Shown piece after piece: positions 25,835-35,830 of a stretch of DNA of 64,000 bases. A program made the position numbers and the translations under genes. The notes beneath the pieces were generated by a model. The model was not told the origin of the DNA, ran no database searches, and saw only the letters and a list, made by a program, of their open reading frames with translations. Origin of the DNA: Alphaproteobacteria bacterium (GTDB lineage Bacteria > Pseudomonadota > Alphaproteobacteria > UBA6615); NCBI GenBank assembly GCA_965261975.1, contig CBDHEC010000036.1:9842-73841 (forward strand). The letters run 5' to 3'. The number at the start of each line of letters is the position of its first letter. Within the stretch, counting starts at the first letter, position 1.

Positions 25835-27040
25835 TCAGTCCAGCGCGTTTGCCGCGCGAAGGCCGGCGATCATCGACGATCCCATCATGAAGCCGTAGCT
25901 TTTTTGCGGGTTCTCGGCGGTCGCGCGCATCTCGTCCTGGTTCTTGAGGCGTTCGGCGGGGTCTTTCTCGGCGATGAACTTGGTATTCCGGATCGTCTGC
26001 AGGCGAACATCCTCCAGCGCGACGTGACGGCGTTGGCGGGTGTAGCGGTCGAGAATGTCTTCGTCGGCCTCGCCACGCCAGATCTGTCCCATCTTCTCGG
26101 CGAAGTTGACCGCGTCATGGACGCCGGAATTCATGCCCATGCCGCCCATGGGCGAATTGATGTGGGCGGCATCGCCGCCGATGATCATTCGCCCCTTGCG
26201 GAAATCCTCCGCGACCCGCTGGTGGATCGCCCAGATGTTCCGGTGCAGTTCGACGACAGCGCCGGACTTGCCGAAGAAGGCGGCCATGCGGGCCTCGGCC
26301 ACATCGTCGCGCACCGCCACGTCATCAGCCTCGCCCTCGCGGGCCGAGAAGGTAACGCGCCAGTATTCCGGCAGGTGCAGGATTACGCACCATTCGTCGG
26401 GGTCGGAGATATAGGCGACCCCGGCGATATCGGGCATGGCTTCGCTGACGTCGAAAGTCGTGCCGTACTGGACGACTTTTTCATCGTAGGTGAAGCCGTC
26501 GAAGCCGACACCCAGGGATTTCCGAATGCTGGAGCGCGAGCCGTCGGCGCCGAACACGTACCGGCCGTCGAAGCTCTCCTCGCCGTCGGGTGTTCGTGCG
26601 CGCACGGAAACGCTGTCGCCATCCTGGGTTGCGCCCAGCACCTCATGGGAGAAGCGCACGTCGACGTTGGGATGGGCTTCGAGCTTGCCGTAGAGGGCGC
26701 GGTTCAGCTCCATCTGCTCGCATTGCACACGGTAGGGGTATTTCGTCTCGTCCTTCAGGGCGGCCAGATCGAATTCGGCGACGACGCCGGTGTGCCGGTC
26801 GCGGAACTGCCAGACCGGGGTGATCCGCCCGTCGTTGAGCACCGCATCGACCATGCCGAGTGCGTCGAGATATTCCAGCGTCGGCGGGTGGAAGGTCGTC
26901 GCGCGACGGTGATCCTGCGGTGCGTCCTGCTGCTCCAGCAGCAGCACCGGAATATCCTGGTTGGCGAGTGATAGTGCGGCAATCAACCCGGTCGGGCCGC
27001 CACCGGCGACGATGATCCGGTCGTTAGGGTCTGTGGACAT
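25835..27040 (-). CDS. FAD-dependent monooxygenase (MhpA/PheA-like aromatic hydroxylase family)
   Basis: GGGPTG, GADGSRSSIR, GDAAHINSPMGGMGMNSG. Confidence 0.88.
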   Translation of the reverse strand: MSTDPNDRIIVAGGGPTGLIAALSLANQDIPVLLLEQQDAPQDHRRATTFHPPTLEYLDALGMVDAVLNDGRITPVWQFRDRHTGVVAEFDLAALKDETKYPYRVQCEQMELNRALYGKLEAHPNVDVRFSHEVLGATQDGDSVSVRARTPDGEESFDGRYVFGADGSRSSIRKSLGVGFDGFTYDEKVVQYGTTFDVSEAMPDIAGVAYISDPDEWCVILHLPEYWRVTFSAREGEADDVAVRDDVAEARMAAFFGKSGAVVELHRNIWAIHQRVAEDFRKGRMIIGGDAAHINSPMGGMGMNSGVHDAVNFAEKMGQIWRGEADEDILDRYTRQRRHVALEDVRLQTIRNTKFIAEKDPAERLKNQDEMRATAENPQKSYGFMMGSSMIAGLRAANALD

Positions 27041-27119
27041 GCATGTGCACCGCGAAAGTTTGATCGATGCGTAATTGTTACGCGATTGCCGGGTTTCGTA
27101 AAAGCTCGTGGGGTGCTGC

Positions 27120-27167
27120 TTGACCCCGGTGTTTCACACCGTCAAACTCAATTTCATGAGTATGAAT
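27120..27167 (+). promoter_or_regulatory. Putative promoter and autoregulatory boxes for a probably leaderless IclR mRNA
   Basis: TTGACC-N17-CAAACT ends 7 nt before ATG 27156; no RBS; imperfect palindromes TTTCAC-acc-GTCAAA and TTCAT-gagt-ATGAA. Confidence 0.45.
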
Positions 27168-27911
27168 GATGGCGTGAAGACAGCGGTACGCACGGTCAAC
27201 CTGTTCGAGGCATTTTCGCGTCGCAAGGGGCCGATGACCCTGACCCAGATATCGGAGGCCCTGTCGGCGCCGATCAGCAGCTGCCACGGTCTGGTCCGGA
27301 CGCTCAGCGCCAAGGGGTATCTCTACACGTCTGAACGAAACCGGGCGATTTACCCGACCAAGCGCCTGCTTGAGGTCGCCAACACGATTGCCGCCCATGA
27401 CCCGGTGCTGGAAAGCATTGTCCCGCAGCTTGAAGTGCTGCGCGACGAGACCAACGAAACCATCCTGCTCGGTCGCCGCCAGGGGGAGACGATCCTTTAT
27501 CTGGATGTGATCGAGGGCGGCCAAACGTTGCGCTATTCCGCAGGCGCGGGCGATATCAAGCCGATGCATTCGAGTGCCATCGGCAAGGCGTTTCTCGGCC
27601 GCCTGGACGATGCCGAACGCGCCGCGCTGGTGGCTCGCTTGCCCCTCGATCTGCACACGCCCAACACGATCACCGAGCGCGCGACACTGGAAGCGGATTT
27701 GGCGGAGGGAATTGCCAAGGGTTACTTCGTGACCCGTGGCGAGAATGTCGTCGATGTGATGGGGCTGGCGACCACGGCGGATGTCTATGGCGAGGCCATG
27801 GGCATTGCGGTCGCGGGGCCGCTCGTGCGGATGGAGGCGGGCGAGATCGAGCTCGCCGCACAGCTCCTGGCCGCGAAAGCGCGGCTCGAGGCTCTCGGAG
27901 ACAGTTCATGA
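27156..27911 (+). CDS. IclR family transcriptional regulator
   Basis: VKTAVRTVNLFE...LTQISEALSAPISSCHGLVRTL HTH; PMHSSAIGKA effector domain. Confidence 0.92.
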   Translation: MSMNDGVKTAVRTVNLFEAFSRRKGPMTLTQISEALSAPISSCHGLVRTLSAKGYLYTSERNRAIYPTKRLLEVANTIAAHDPVLESIVPQLEVLRDETNETILLGRRQGETILYLDVIEGGQTLRYSAGAGDIKPMHSSAIGKAFLGRLDDAERAALVARLPLDLHTPNTITERATLEADLAEGIAKGYFVTRGENVVDVMGLATTADVYGEAMGIAVAGPLVRMEAGEIELAAQLLAAKARLEALGDSS

Positions 27912-28459
27912 GCGACACGGTAATCAGACCCGACGCTGCCACACCCGATTGGGCCGATGCGCTCTATGACGTGCTGGTGCAGCAGAATATTCGCCAGGTT
28001 GCCTATGTGCCCGATGCCGGGCATTCCCGTCTGATCGAGCGGTGCGAGGACAACCCGGACATGTGTGCGACCACTCTCACCACCGAGGAAGACGGTGTGG
28101 CAATGCTGGCCGGCGCCTGGCTGGGTGGTGATCGCGGTGTGTTGCTCATGCAGTCGAGCGGCGTGGGCAACTGTGTGAACATGTTCACCCTGATCGAGAA
28201 TTGCCGGATCCCGCTTGTGGCGGTGATCACGATGCGCGGCGAGTGGGGTGAATTTAACCCGTGGCAGGCCCAGATGGGCCAGGCAACGCCCGACGTGCTC
28301 ACCCGGATGGGGGTGCAGGCACATCGGGTCGATGCCCCCGAAGAGGCCGCACCGACATTGGACGCGGCGATCCGGCAATCCTTCGACGGGTCGCTCGCCT
28401 CGGCGGTGCTGCTTTCCCAGCGTCTGATCGGCCGCAAGGCCTTCACGGAGGAGGGATGA
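27908..28459 (+). CDS. ThDP-dependent sulfopyruvate/phosphonopyruvate decarboxylase-like protein, alpha subunit (ComD-like)
   Basis: YVPDAG, TTEEDGV, LMQSSGVGN, RGEWGEFNPWQ. Confidence 0.85.
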   Translation: MSDTVIRPDAATPDWADALYDVLVQQNIRQVAYVPDAGHSRLIERCEDNPDMCATTLTTEEDGVAMLAGAWLGGDRGVLLMQSSGVGNCVNMFTLIENCRIPLVAVITMRGEWGEFNPWQAQMGQATPDVLTRMGVQAHRVDAPEEAAPTLDAAIRQSFDGSLASAVLLSQRLIGRKAFTEEG

Positions 28460-28460
28460 C

Positions 28461-29045
28461 ATGACAGGCCCTCTTCTCGACCGACGCGAGGCCGTCGCGC
28501 GGCTTCTGCAGGACCGCGGCGAACTGCTCGTGGTCTCCGGGCTCGGCTCGGCGACCTATGACTGCGCGGCAGCGGGCGACGACCCGCGCAACTTCTATCT
28601 CTGGGGCGCCATGGGTGGGACCGCCGCCCTGGCGCTCGGGTTGGCGCAGGCCCAGCCGGACCGGCCGGTCGCCGCGATAACCGGCGACGGGGACATGCTG
28701 ATGGGGCTCGGCAGCCTGGCGACGATCGGTACCGCCAAACCGGCGAACCTGTCGGTGATCGTGCTCGACAACGAGGTGTATGGCGAGACCGGCGCCCAGC
28801 CAACGGCCACGGCCGGCGGCGTGAGCCTCGTGGAGGTGGCACGCGGCTGCGGGATCGAGGCACTCGAGGATATCCGGGACATGAACGCGCTGGGTACGCT
28901 TGCAGGGCGCATGCAGCGCTGCGAGGGGCCGCTTTTCGCCAACATCAAGATCGAGGCGGGCGAGCATCCACGCGTGCTCCCCGCACGCGACGGGGCCTAT
29001 CTGCGCTCGCGGTTCCGCGAGGCGGTATTGGGCACCGGCCCGTAA
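28461..29045 (+). CDS. ThDP-dependent decarboxylase, beta subunit (ComE-like)
   Basis: NFYLWGAMG and the GDGDMLM...LDNEVYGETGAQ thiamine diphosphate motif. Confidence 0.85.
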   Translation: MTGPLLDRREAVARLLQDRGELLVVSGLGSATYDCAAAGDDPRNFYLWGAMGGTAALALGLAQAQPDRPVAAITGDGDMLMGLGSLATIGTAKPANLSVIVLDNEVYGETGAQPTATAGGVSLVEVARGCGIEALEDIRDMNALGTLAGRMQRCEGPLFANIKIEAGEHPRVLPARDGAYLRSRFREAVLGTGP

Positions 29046-29083
29046 GGCCGGGACATACCGAACAAATCCAGAGGGAGGACATC

Positions 29084-29968
29084 ATGGCTGAGAAGGTTGG
29101 AATTCTGGGACTTGGACTGATCGGCGGTATCACGGCCGAGATCCTGATGCCCGAAGGCTACGAATGTGCAGCCGTTCGCCGCCCGAGCACGGAGAGCTTT
29201 CCCGACACTGGCGGCAAGTTGTTTGATACGGCACGCGAGCTCGCCGAATGGTCCGACGTGGTGATTTCGGCGCTCCCGAGCACCGACGCCTCCCGCACCG
29301 CGCTGGAAGGCCCCGACGGCTTGTTGGCAGGTGCCCATGAAGGCCTGACCATCATCGAGATGAACACCTTCCCGGTGGGTGAGAAGGAACGTGTACGCGA
29401 CCAGGTGGCTGACACGCCGGCGAAAATCATCGATTGCCCGCTCAGCGGTACCCAGCCGATCATTCGCGCGGGCAAGGGTGTCATCATGATGAGCGGCGAC
29501 GAGGCCTTGTGTGAATCCGTGAAGCCGATGCTGGAGCTCGTTTGCCCGAAGACGTTTTATGTTGGCGAGTACGGCACGGGCATCAAGCTCAAGCTGATGA
29601 TCAACTTCATGGTCGGCGCGAATACGGTGGCCTTGGCCGAAGGCATGCTGTTCGGCGCCCAGATGGGGCTCGATCCCGAGCAGATGATCGATATCGTGGG
29701 ACCCAGTGCCGCCGGGTCGGTCGTGTTCGGCATGCGCGCGGGCATCATCAAGGACCGGTCATGGCAGCCCTGCGCGGGCCCCAGCAAGCTGCTGTGGAAG
29801 GATCTCGATATCGTCGAGGAACAGGCCGATGCGCTGGGCCTGTCCGCGCCGTTGCTGCGGATCTGCAACGACTATTACAAGAAGATCGAGAAGGCCGGGC
29901 GGCTCGAGGATGAGTGCTCGGTGGTCTACGAGATCCTCGAGAGCGAGATCAAGGCGGCTGCGGAATAG
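29084..29968 (+). CDS. NAD(P)-dependent beta-hydroxyacid dehydrogenase (3-hydroxyisobutyrate/tartronate semialdehyde reductase family)
   Basis: GLGLIG, DCPLSG, KLMINF, KDL. Confidence 0.85.
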   Translation: MAEKVGILGLGLIGGITAEILMPEGYECAAVRRPSTESFPDTGGKLFDTARELAEWSDVVISALPSTDASRTALEGPDGLLAGAHEGLTIIEMNTFPVGEKERVRDQVADTPAKIIDCPLSGTQPIIRAGKGVIMMSGDEALCESVKPMLELVCPKTFYVGEYGTGIKLKLMINFMVGANTVALAEGMLFGAQMGLDPEQMIDIVGPSAAGSVVFGMRAGIIKDRSWQPCAGPSKLLWKDLDIVEEQADALGLSAPLLRICNDYYKKIEKAGRLEDECSVVYEILESEIKAAAE

Positions 29969-29995
29969 GTGCGGGCGGTTTTGTAAGCCGCCGTT

Positions 29996-30910
29996 CTACA
30001 TATGCGAGAAGAGAACGCGACCGGCGGTCGGCATGTCGGCCGTCAGCACCTTTCCGCTCGATGATTCCGTGATGTAGAGGGTCTTGCCGTCGGGGCCGCC
30101 ATAGGCGCAATTCGTGGTCAGCGGGCCGGCGCAGGAATTGATCCGGTGGATGGGTTCGCCATTGGCCGCGAAGACCCAGATCGCGCCGAACCCCACGTGA
30201 CAAACGAGAATGCTGTCGTCCGCGCCCGCCGCCATGCCGTCGGGGCCGGTGCCGCCCGACATCCGCGCGAAACGCCCGACCTGGTCGGCGCGGCCGCGGT
30301 CGGCCAGCCGCATGCGCCAGACCGCGTTGTCGCGAGTGAGGCCGACATACAGGATTTTCTCGTCGCTGCTCAGGACCAGCCCGTTCGGGCTCGGCAGGTC
30401 CGCACAGACGAGTTCGAGGCCGCCGTCCGCATGCAGGCAGAACACCCGGCCCGAACGGTCGATCAGGTCCGACGTGCCCTGGTCGGTGAAGTACAGATCG
30501 CCGTTCGACGCGAAGGTCAGGTCGTTGGTGCCGCGAAACCGCTCATTGGTGTTGCGCACCAGATAGGGCTCGACGGTGCCGGCCTCGGGGTCGAGGCGCA
30601 TCAGGCCGTGATAATGGTCGGCGATGATGCCGTGTCCGTCCTTGTGGAAGACCAGGCCGTTCGGTTCGCCGTCATAGGTGCAGGCGAGTTCGATGTCCCC
30701 GGCGGGGGATATCCGGAACAGCCGGCCCCAGGCGACGTCGACGAGCCAAAGATTGCCGGCGCGATCGAATGAAGGGCCTTCCAGGAAACTGGGCGTGTTC
30801 GGGCGGCCGAACAGGAGCTTTGCCCATTCGGACTCACGGTCGTTGATGCCGTGGATGGCATTCACATCGGCGAACACCCGGGTTTCGATGACGGGGGGCG
30901 GAGCGAACAT
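29996..30910 (-). CDS. SMP-30/gluconolactonase/LRE family lactonase
   Basis: FLEGPSFD, EPNGL, NDL...YFTDQG, SPNGL, GPDGM, TTNCAYGG. Confidence 0.9.
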   Translation of the reverse strand: MFAPPPVIETRVFADVNAIHGINDRESEWAKLLFGRPNTPSFLEGPSFDRAGNLWLVDVAWGRLFRISPAGDIELACTYDGEPNGLVFHKDGHGIIADHYHGLMRLDPEAGTVEPYLVRNTNERFRGTNDLTFASNGDLYFTDQGTSDLIDRSGRVFCLHADGGLELVCADLPSPNGLVLSSDEKILYVGLTRDNAVWRMRLADRGRADQVGRFARMSGGTGPDGMAAGADDSILVCHVGFGAIWVFAANGEPIHRINSCAGPLTTNCAYGGPDGKTLYITESSSGKVLTADMPTAGRVLFSHM

Positions 30911-30915
30911 TCCGG

Positions 30916-31815
30916 TCAGGCCCCGTTCGTGCGGTTCAGGCGCGCCACGATCGCGTCGAACAGGTCACCGGGGTTCTGGTCGAGGACATCTTCGCCGGCT
31001 GTCTCGAGCACCTCGTCGATGCGCCGGGAGATCAGCGACTGGGCTTGGTAACGCGCCCGCGCACGCCGCACTGCGTCGGCGTCGCCATGGTCGGCGCGCC
31101 AGGCAGTGTGGGCATTGATCGCGTCGTCGAGGGCTGCGAAGCCCTGGGGGTCGTCGCGTGATGTCATGATGACGGGGGGTGTCCAGCCGTCGGCGCTTTG
31201 ATGGGCGGCCACTTGCTCGATCTCGGCGGCCATGAGGTCGGCACCCGGCAAGTCGGCCTTGTTCACCACATAGATATCCGCCATCTCGAGGATGCCGGCC
31301 TTCATCGCCTGGATCGCGTCGCCGGAATGGGGCACCAGGATGAGCACCACCGTGTCGACCAGTGTTCGGATGGTGTATTCGGCCTGCCCGACGCCCACGG
31401 TCTCGAGAATAATCTCGTCGAAGCCGTGCCCTTCCATGGCGTTGAGCAAATCGGCGGTGTTGTCCGCCAGGCCATCATGGGCGCGGCGCGAGGGAATTGA
31501 GCGGATGAAGATATCCGGGTCGTCGGCGATGGCATCCATGCGGATACGGTCGCCGAGAAGCGAGCCCTGGGACACCGGGCTCGACGGATCGACCGCCAGG
31601 ACAGCGACCTTCCGGTCGGTCCGTTTTCGAAGTTTGGTGAGCCGGGCGATGAGCGAACTCTTGCCGGCCCCCGGCGCGCCGGTGATGCCGATACGCGGCA
31701 GATCGCCTGCGGCACCCTCACTGTGTTGGGCCAGGGTCTCCGATACGTCGGCATTGGCGATGCGCGACAGGGCGCGGCTGAGGTTGCGCCGCGGATTTCG
31801 TGAGGTGCCGCTCAT
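30916..31815 (-). CDS. meaB: MeaB/ArgK family GTPase (mutase chaperone)
   Basis: GAPGAGKSS, DPSSP..GSLLGDRIRM, ETVGVGQAE, QAMKAG, NKAD. Confidence 0.9.
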   Translation of the reverse strand: MSGTSRNPRRNLSRALSRIANADVSETLAQHSEGAAGDLPRIGITGAPGAGKSSLIARLTKLRKRTDRKVAVLAVDPSSPVSQGSLLGDRIRMDAIADDPDIFIRSIPSRRAHDGLADNTADLLNAMEGHGFDEIILETVGVGQAEYTIRTLVDTVVLILVPHSGDAIQAMKAGILEMADIYVVNKADLPGADLMAAEIEQVAAHQSADGWTPPVIMTSRDDPQGFAALDDAINAHTAWRADHGDADAVRRARARYQAQSLISRRIDEVLETAGEDVLDQNPGDLFDAIVARLNRTNGA

Positions 31816-32954
31816 TTGGCCGCAGCGGCGGGCGGGGTGCCCAGGATTTCGTCGGTATGTTCGCCCAGAAGCGGCGGCAGGCCGTAGCGCGGCGGATGAT
31901 CGGTCATCTTGATCGGGTTGCCCACCACCCGCAGCGCACCATCGGGCGTTGGGATCACCGCGATCATCTCGCGTGATGCGGCCATGTCCCCGTCGAGTGC
32001 CTGGTCGAGGGTTTCGACACCGGAAACCACAAGGCCCTCATTGCCCAGTATTTCAACCCAATGCGCGGTGGCTTGTTTCTTCATGAGGTCGCCGACGGCG
32101 CCAATCACGGCGTCGCGGTTCTCCGAGCGTGCGCTCATGGTCGCGAGGTTCGGGTCGCGCGCCTGGTCGTGCCAGCCGACAACCTCGCAGAATTTCTGCC
32201 AGAACTTGTCGGTCGAGATGAACAACATCAGGTGCCCGTCACGGGTCTCGAAGACCTGGGCCGGGACCATGTAGGGATGCGCGCTGTGCGACGTTCGCTG
32301 CGGCACGATGCCATGGTTGAGGTAGCCCGACGCCAGGTAGTTGAGCTGGGCAAGCATGGTGTCGAAGAGCGACACATCGACCTGGCCGCCCTTGCCCTCG
32401 ATGATTTTTGCCAGCAACCCGATGGCACCCATCATGCCGGTGGAGTTGTCGACGGCAGAATAGCCGGCCTTGGTCGGCGCGGTGCCGGGATCGCCGGTCA
32501 GGGTCATGACGCCGGTGAGCGCCTGGACGATGTAGTCATAGGCGGGTTTGTCGGCATAGGGGCCGTCGAGACCGAACCCCGTCAATGCCAGGCATACCAG
32601 GTTCGGATTGTGCGTTTTCAGCTCGTCATGGGTCAGGCCGAAGCGCCGAATGGTGGACGGGCGCAGATTGGTAATCAGGCCCTGCGCATCGGCGGCCAAC
32701 GCGCCGAGTTGAGATTTGCCCGCCGGGGTGTTCAGGTCGAGGACGATGGATCTCTTGTTGCGGTTGAGGCTCGCGAAATAGTCGTTATAGGGCCCCGTGA
32801 ACTGCTTGGTAATGTTTCGGGCCATGTCGCCGCCGGGCGGCTCGACCTTGATCACGTCGGCACCCAGATCGCCCAGAATCATGCTGCAAAACGGTCCCGC
32901 GAGGACGTGCGCGACCTCGATGATCCGGACGCCGGCGAGGGGGCCTTCGCTCAC
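31812..32954 (-). CDS. Family III CoA transferase (CaiB/BaiF)
   Basis: AGPFCSMILGDLGADVIKVEPP, NRNKRS, PPLLGEHT. Confidence 0.93.
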   Translation of the reverse strand: MSEGPLAGVRIIEVAHVLAGPFCSMILGDLGADVIKVEPPGGDMARNITKQFTGPYNDYFASLNRNKRSIVLDLNTPAGKSQLGALAADAQGLITNLRPSTIRRFGLTHDELKTHNPNLVCLALTGFGLDGPYADKPAYDYIVQALTGVMTLTGDPGTAPTKAGYSAVDNSTGMMGAIGLLAKIIEGKGGQVDVSLFDTMLAQLNYLASGYLNHGIVPQRTSHSAHPYMVPAQVFETRDGHLMLFISTDKFWQKFCEVVGWHDQARDPNLATMSARSENRDAVIGAVGDLMKKQATAHWVEILGNEGLVVSGVETLDQALDGDMAASREMIAVIPTPDGALRVVGNPIKMTDHPPRYGLPPLLGEHTDEILGTPPAAAAK

Positions 32955-33349
32955 CCGCCGAGCTCCGCATCGAGGGCGTCGACCACATCATTGACCGCCA
33001 TTTCGGCCGTGAAGATTCCCCGGGCACCGGCATCGCGCAGTTCGTCATGGTCTTCCGCCGGGATGGTGCCACCGACAAACACCCGAATATCACCGGCATC
33101 GAGTTCGTTGAGGCAGCGCACCGTCTCCTCGACCAGTTCCTTATGGCTGCCCGACAGGATGGACAGTCCCACCGCGTCGACATCCTCGTCGACCGCGACA
33201 CGGGCGATGTAGTCGGGCGTGCGGCGCAGGCCGGTATAGATCACGTCGGCGCCGGCATCACGCAGCGCCAGGGCGATGATCTTGGCACCCACATCGTGCC
33301 CGTCGAGGCCCGGTTTCGCGATCAGAATGCGTTTTCCGTTCAGGCTCAT
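32951..33349 (-). CDS. Acyl-CoA mutase small (cobalamin-binding) subunit
   Basis: KPGLDGHDVGAK (DxHxxG), GLSILSGSH, VGGTIP. Confidence 0.93.
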   Translation of the reverse strand: MSLNGKRILIAKPGLDGHDVGAKIIALALRDAGADVIYTGLRRTPDYIARVAVDEDVDAVGLSILSGSHKELVEETVRCLNELDAGDIRVFVGGTIPAEDHDELRDAGARGIFTAEMAVNDVVDALDAELGG

Positions 33350-33358
33350 GATGCGATC

Positions 33359-35002
33359 CTACAGCCTCACCGGTTCTTCGAATTCACCCCATTGGCGCTT
33401 CAGGGTGGCCACCATTTCACCGACGGTTGCATAAGCATGGCAGCAATCGATGAGGTACGGCATCAGGTTCTTGCTGTCGTCCGCCGCAGCGGCCTCCAGC
33501 GCGGCGAGTGACGTTGCGACCGCATCATTGTCACGGCTGTCGCGCACCCGCTCGAATTTCTCGACGACACGGGCGCTGGCGCCCGGGTCGAGCTTGAAGA
33601 GCTCGGCAACACCGTCGTTCTGATCCTCGCGGCGGAAGTGATTCTGGCCGACGACGACCGTCTCGCCGCTATCGATCTTGTGTTTGCGCTCGGATGCCCG
33701 CTGCGCAATCTTCATCTGCAGCCAGCCGTCTTCGACCGCCTTGGTCACGCCGCCATAGGTCTCGATATCGTCGATGACCTTCATGATCTCGTCTTCCATC
33801 TGGTCGGTCAGCCATTCCACATAATGGCTGCCGCCCAACGGATCGACGGTGCGCGCGATGCCGGATTCATGAGCCACGATCTGCTGGGTGCGGACCGCGA
33901 TCTCCGCCGAATGCTCGGTCGGGATCTGGTAGGCCTCGTCGAAGGCGGCGGTGAAGATCGATTGGGCGCCGCCCATCACGGCCGCCATGTTCTCGATGCC
34001 GACGCGGACGACGTTGTTGTAGGGCTGGGCGCCGACCAGGGACGAACCGCCGCAAACGACGCCAAATCGAAACATAAGCGCCTTGGGATCCTGCACGCCG
34101 TAGCGATCCTGCAACAACTTGGCCCAAAGTCGCCGGCCCGCCCGGAACTTGCAGACCTCTTCGAAGAAATCCATGTGGACATAGAAGAAGAAACTGAGCC
34201 GGCGTGCGAACTTCTCGACATCGCCGCCCCGGCGGATCAATTCGTCGATATAGGCCAGGCCGTTGGCCAGGGTGTAGCCCATCTCCTCGACCGCCGTGCA
34301 GCCGGCGTCGCGCACATGCGCCCCGGCGATGCTGATAGCGTTGAAGCGCGGCGTCTGGTCGTAGGAGAAAAGAATCGTATCGGCGATAAGCCGCATGGAC
34401 GGGCGTACCGGGAAAATCCAGGTGCCGCGCGCCACATATTCCTTGAGGATGTCGTTCTGGATGGTGCCGGTGAGTTTCTCGCGGGGCACACCCTTCTTGT
34501 CGGCCACGGCGCAATACATGGCGTAGATGATCGACGCGGTGCCGTTGATTGTGAAAGAGGTCGAGATGCCGCCGAGATCAATACCATCGAAAAGAATCTC
34601 GGCCTCCGCGAGGCTCGAGAGCGAGACGCCGACCTTGCCGACTTCGGTTTTTGCGATCGGGTCGACCGGGTCGTAGCCGCACTGGGTCGGCAGGTCGAGT
34701 GCGACCGAGAGGCCGGTCTGGCCTTGATCGAGCAGGAACCGATAGCGTTCGTTTGATTCCTCCGCCGTCCCGAATCCCGAATATTGCCGGATCGTCCAGA
34801 GCCGTCCCCGGAAACCGTCGGGGAAGATGCCGCGTGTGTACGGGAATTCGCCCGGCATTCCCTGATCAGGGTTACTGACCATGTCCGGTGTCACCACCGG
34901 CGGCACTTCGATGCCCGAAGGGGTCGCGGTGGAGGGTTTGGTCGGCGGTTCGCGCCGCGCCGCGTCGGTTTCGTTTTTCCGGGAGGCAGAGTTGTCGGCC
35001 AT
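33359..35002 (-). CDS. Acyl-CoA mutase large subunit (methylmalonyl-CoA mutase family, atypical active site)
   Basis: PGEFPYTRG, RQYSGFG, GTIQNDILKEY, VDPLGGS, ATVGEM. Confidence 0.93.
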   Translation of the reverse strand: MADNSASRKNETDAARREPPTKPSTATPSGIEVPPVVTPDMVSNPDQGMPGEFPYTRGIFPDGFRGRLWTIRQYSGFGTAEESNERYRFLLDQGQTGLSVALDLPTQCGYDPVDPIAKTEVGKVGVSLSSLAEAEILFDGIDLGGISTSFTINGTASIIYAMYCAVADKKGVPREKLTGTIQNDILKEYVARGTWIFPVRPSMRLIADTILFSYDQTPRFNAISIAGAHVRDAGCTAVEEMGYTLANGLAYIDELIRRGGDVEKFARRLSFFFYVHMDFFEEVCKFRAGRRLWAKLLQDRYGVQDPKALMFRFGVVCGGSSLVGAQPYNNVVRVGIENMAAVMGGAQSIFTAAFDEAYQIPTEHSAEIAVRTQQIVAHESGIARTVDPLGGSHYVEWLTDQMEDEIMKVIDDIETYGGVTKAVEDGWLQMKIAQRASERKHKIDSGETVVVGQNHFRREDQNDGVAELFKLDPGASARVVEKFERVRDSRDNDAVATSLAALEAAAADDSKNLMPYLIDCCHAYATVGEMVATLKRQWGEFEEPVRL

Positions 35003-35006
35003 CGGG

Positions 35007-35783
35007 TCAGCCTTTCTTCGCGGGAAGCACCTTTTCGGCGGCCTCCCAGTGGTCGTCATGAACCCAGGTTTTCACGAACATGCGTGTCTCGGCGTCTTGC
35101 ATCGTGGCACGTGAATCTCCGCGCCGGTGTGCATCGCTGACGGCCTTGAACGCGCGCATGGACTGGGCCTTCTGCTTTCGGATCGGCTCGAGGAAAGCCT
35201 CGATGGTGTCGTCGATGTTTTCGGTTTCGGGCCCGATTGCGTCATACAGCCCGATATCAAGCGCGGTCGGCGCGTCGAGCATCTCGCCGGTGCTCATGAG
35301 TTTGAGCCCCCGCGCACGCCCGACCAGGTCGAGCAGGTCCGGCCCGCCGCCCCAGGCGGTGGCGAGGGCGAGACGACCCTGCACAAAGCCGATGCGCGCA
35401 TGCGCTGCCGCGACCCGGAAATCGCAGGCGACGGCGAGTTCGGCACCGCCGCCGAAGGCATTGCCGTTGAGGCCGGCGATCACGGGCACCGGGAAATCGC
35501 GGATCGCGTTGAACGCCGCCTTGGCATCGAGTGCCATTGTCTCCGCTTCCGCCTCGGTGCGAAGGCCGGCGAGTTCACGCAGGTCGCCGCCCGCGGCAAA
35601 TGTCTTTTCGCCCGCGCCGCGCAAGACCGCCGCGACGAGACTCTCATCAGCCGCCGCCGCACGAAATGTTTCGCCGATCGCGGCGATGATCGAAATTGCG
35701 AGCGCGTTGTGTTTCTCCACCCGGTCGATGGTCACGTACAGGACGCGATCACGTGTTTCGCTCAGGAGATGTGCGTCGCTCAT
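35007..35783 (-). CDS. Enoyl-CoA hydratase/isomerase family protein
   Basis: FAAGGDL, GGGAELAVACDFR crotonase motifs. Confidence 0.9.
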   Translation of the reverse strand: MSDAHLLSETRDRVLYVTIDRVEKHNALAISIIAAIGETFRAAAADESLVAAVLRGAGEKTFAAGGDLRELAGLRTEAEAETMALDAKAAFNAIRDFPVPVIAGLNGNAFGGGAELAVACDFRVAAAHARIGFVQGRLALATAWGGGPDLLDLVGRARGLKLMSTGEMLDAPTALDIGLYDAIGPETENIDDTIEAFLEPIRKQKAQSMRAFKAVSDAHRRGDSRATMQDAETRMFVKTWVHDDHWEAAEKVLPAKKG

Positions 35784-35830
35784 ACCAATTCTTTCGTCAC
35801 GGAAAACACCTTGCTGGTCGGCGAGGGCCG

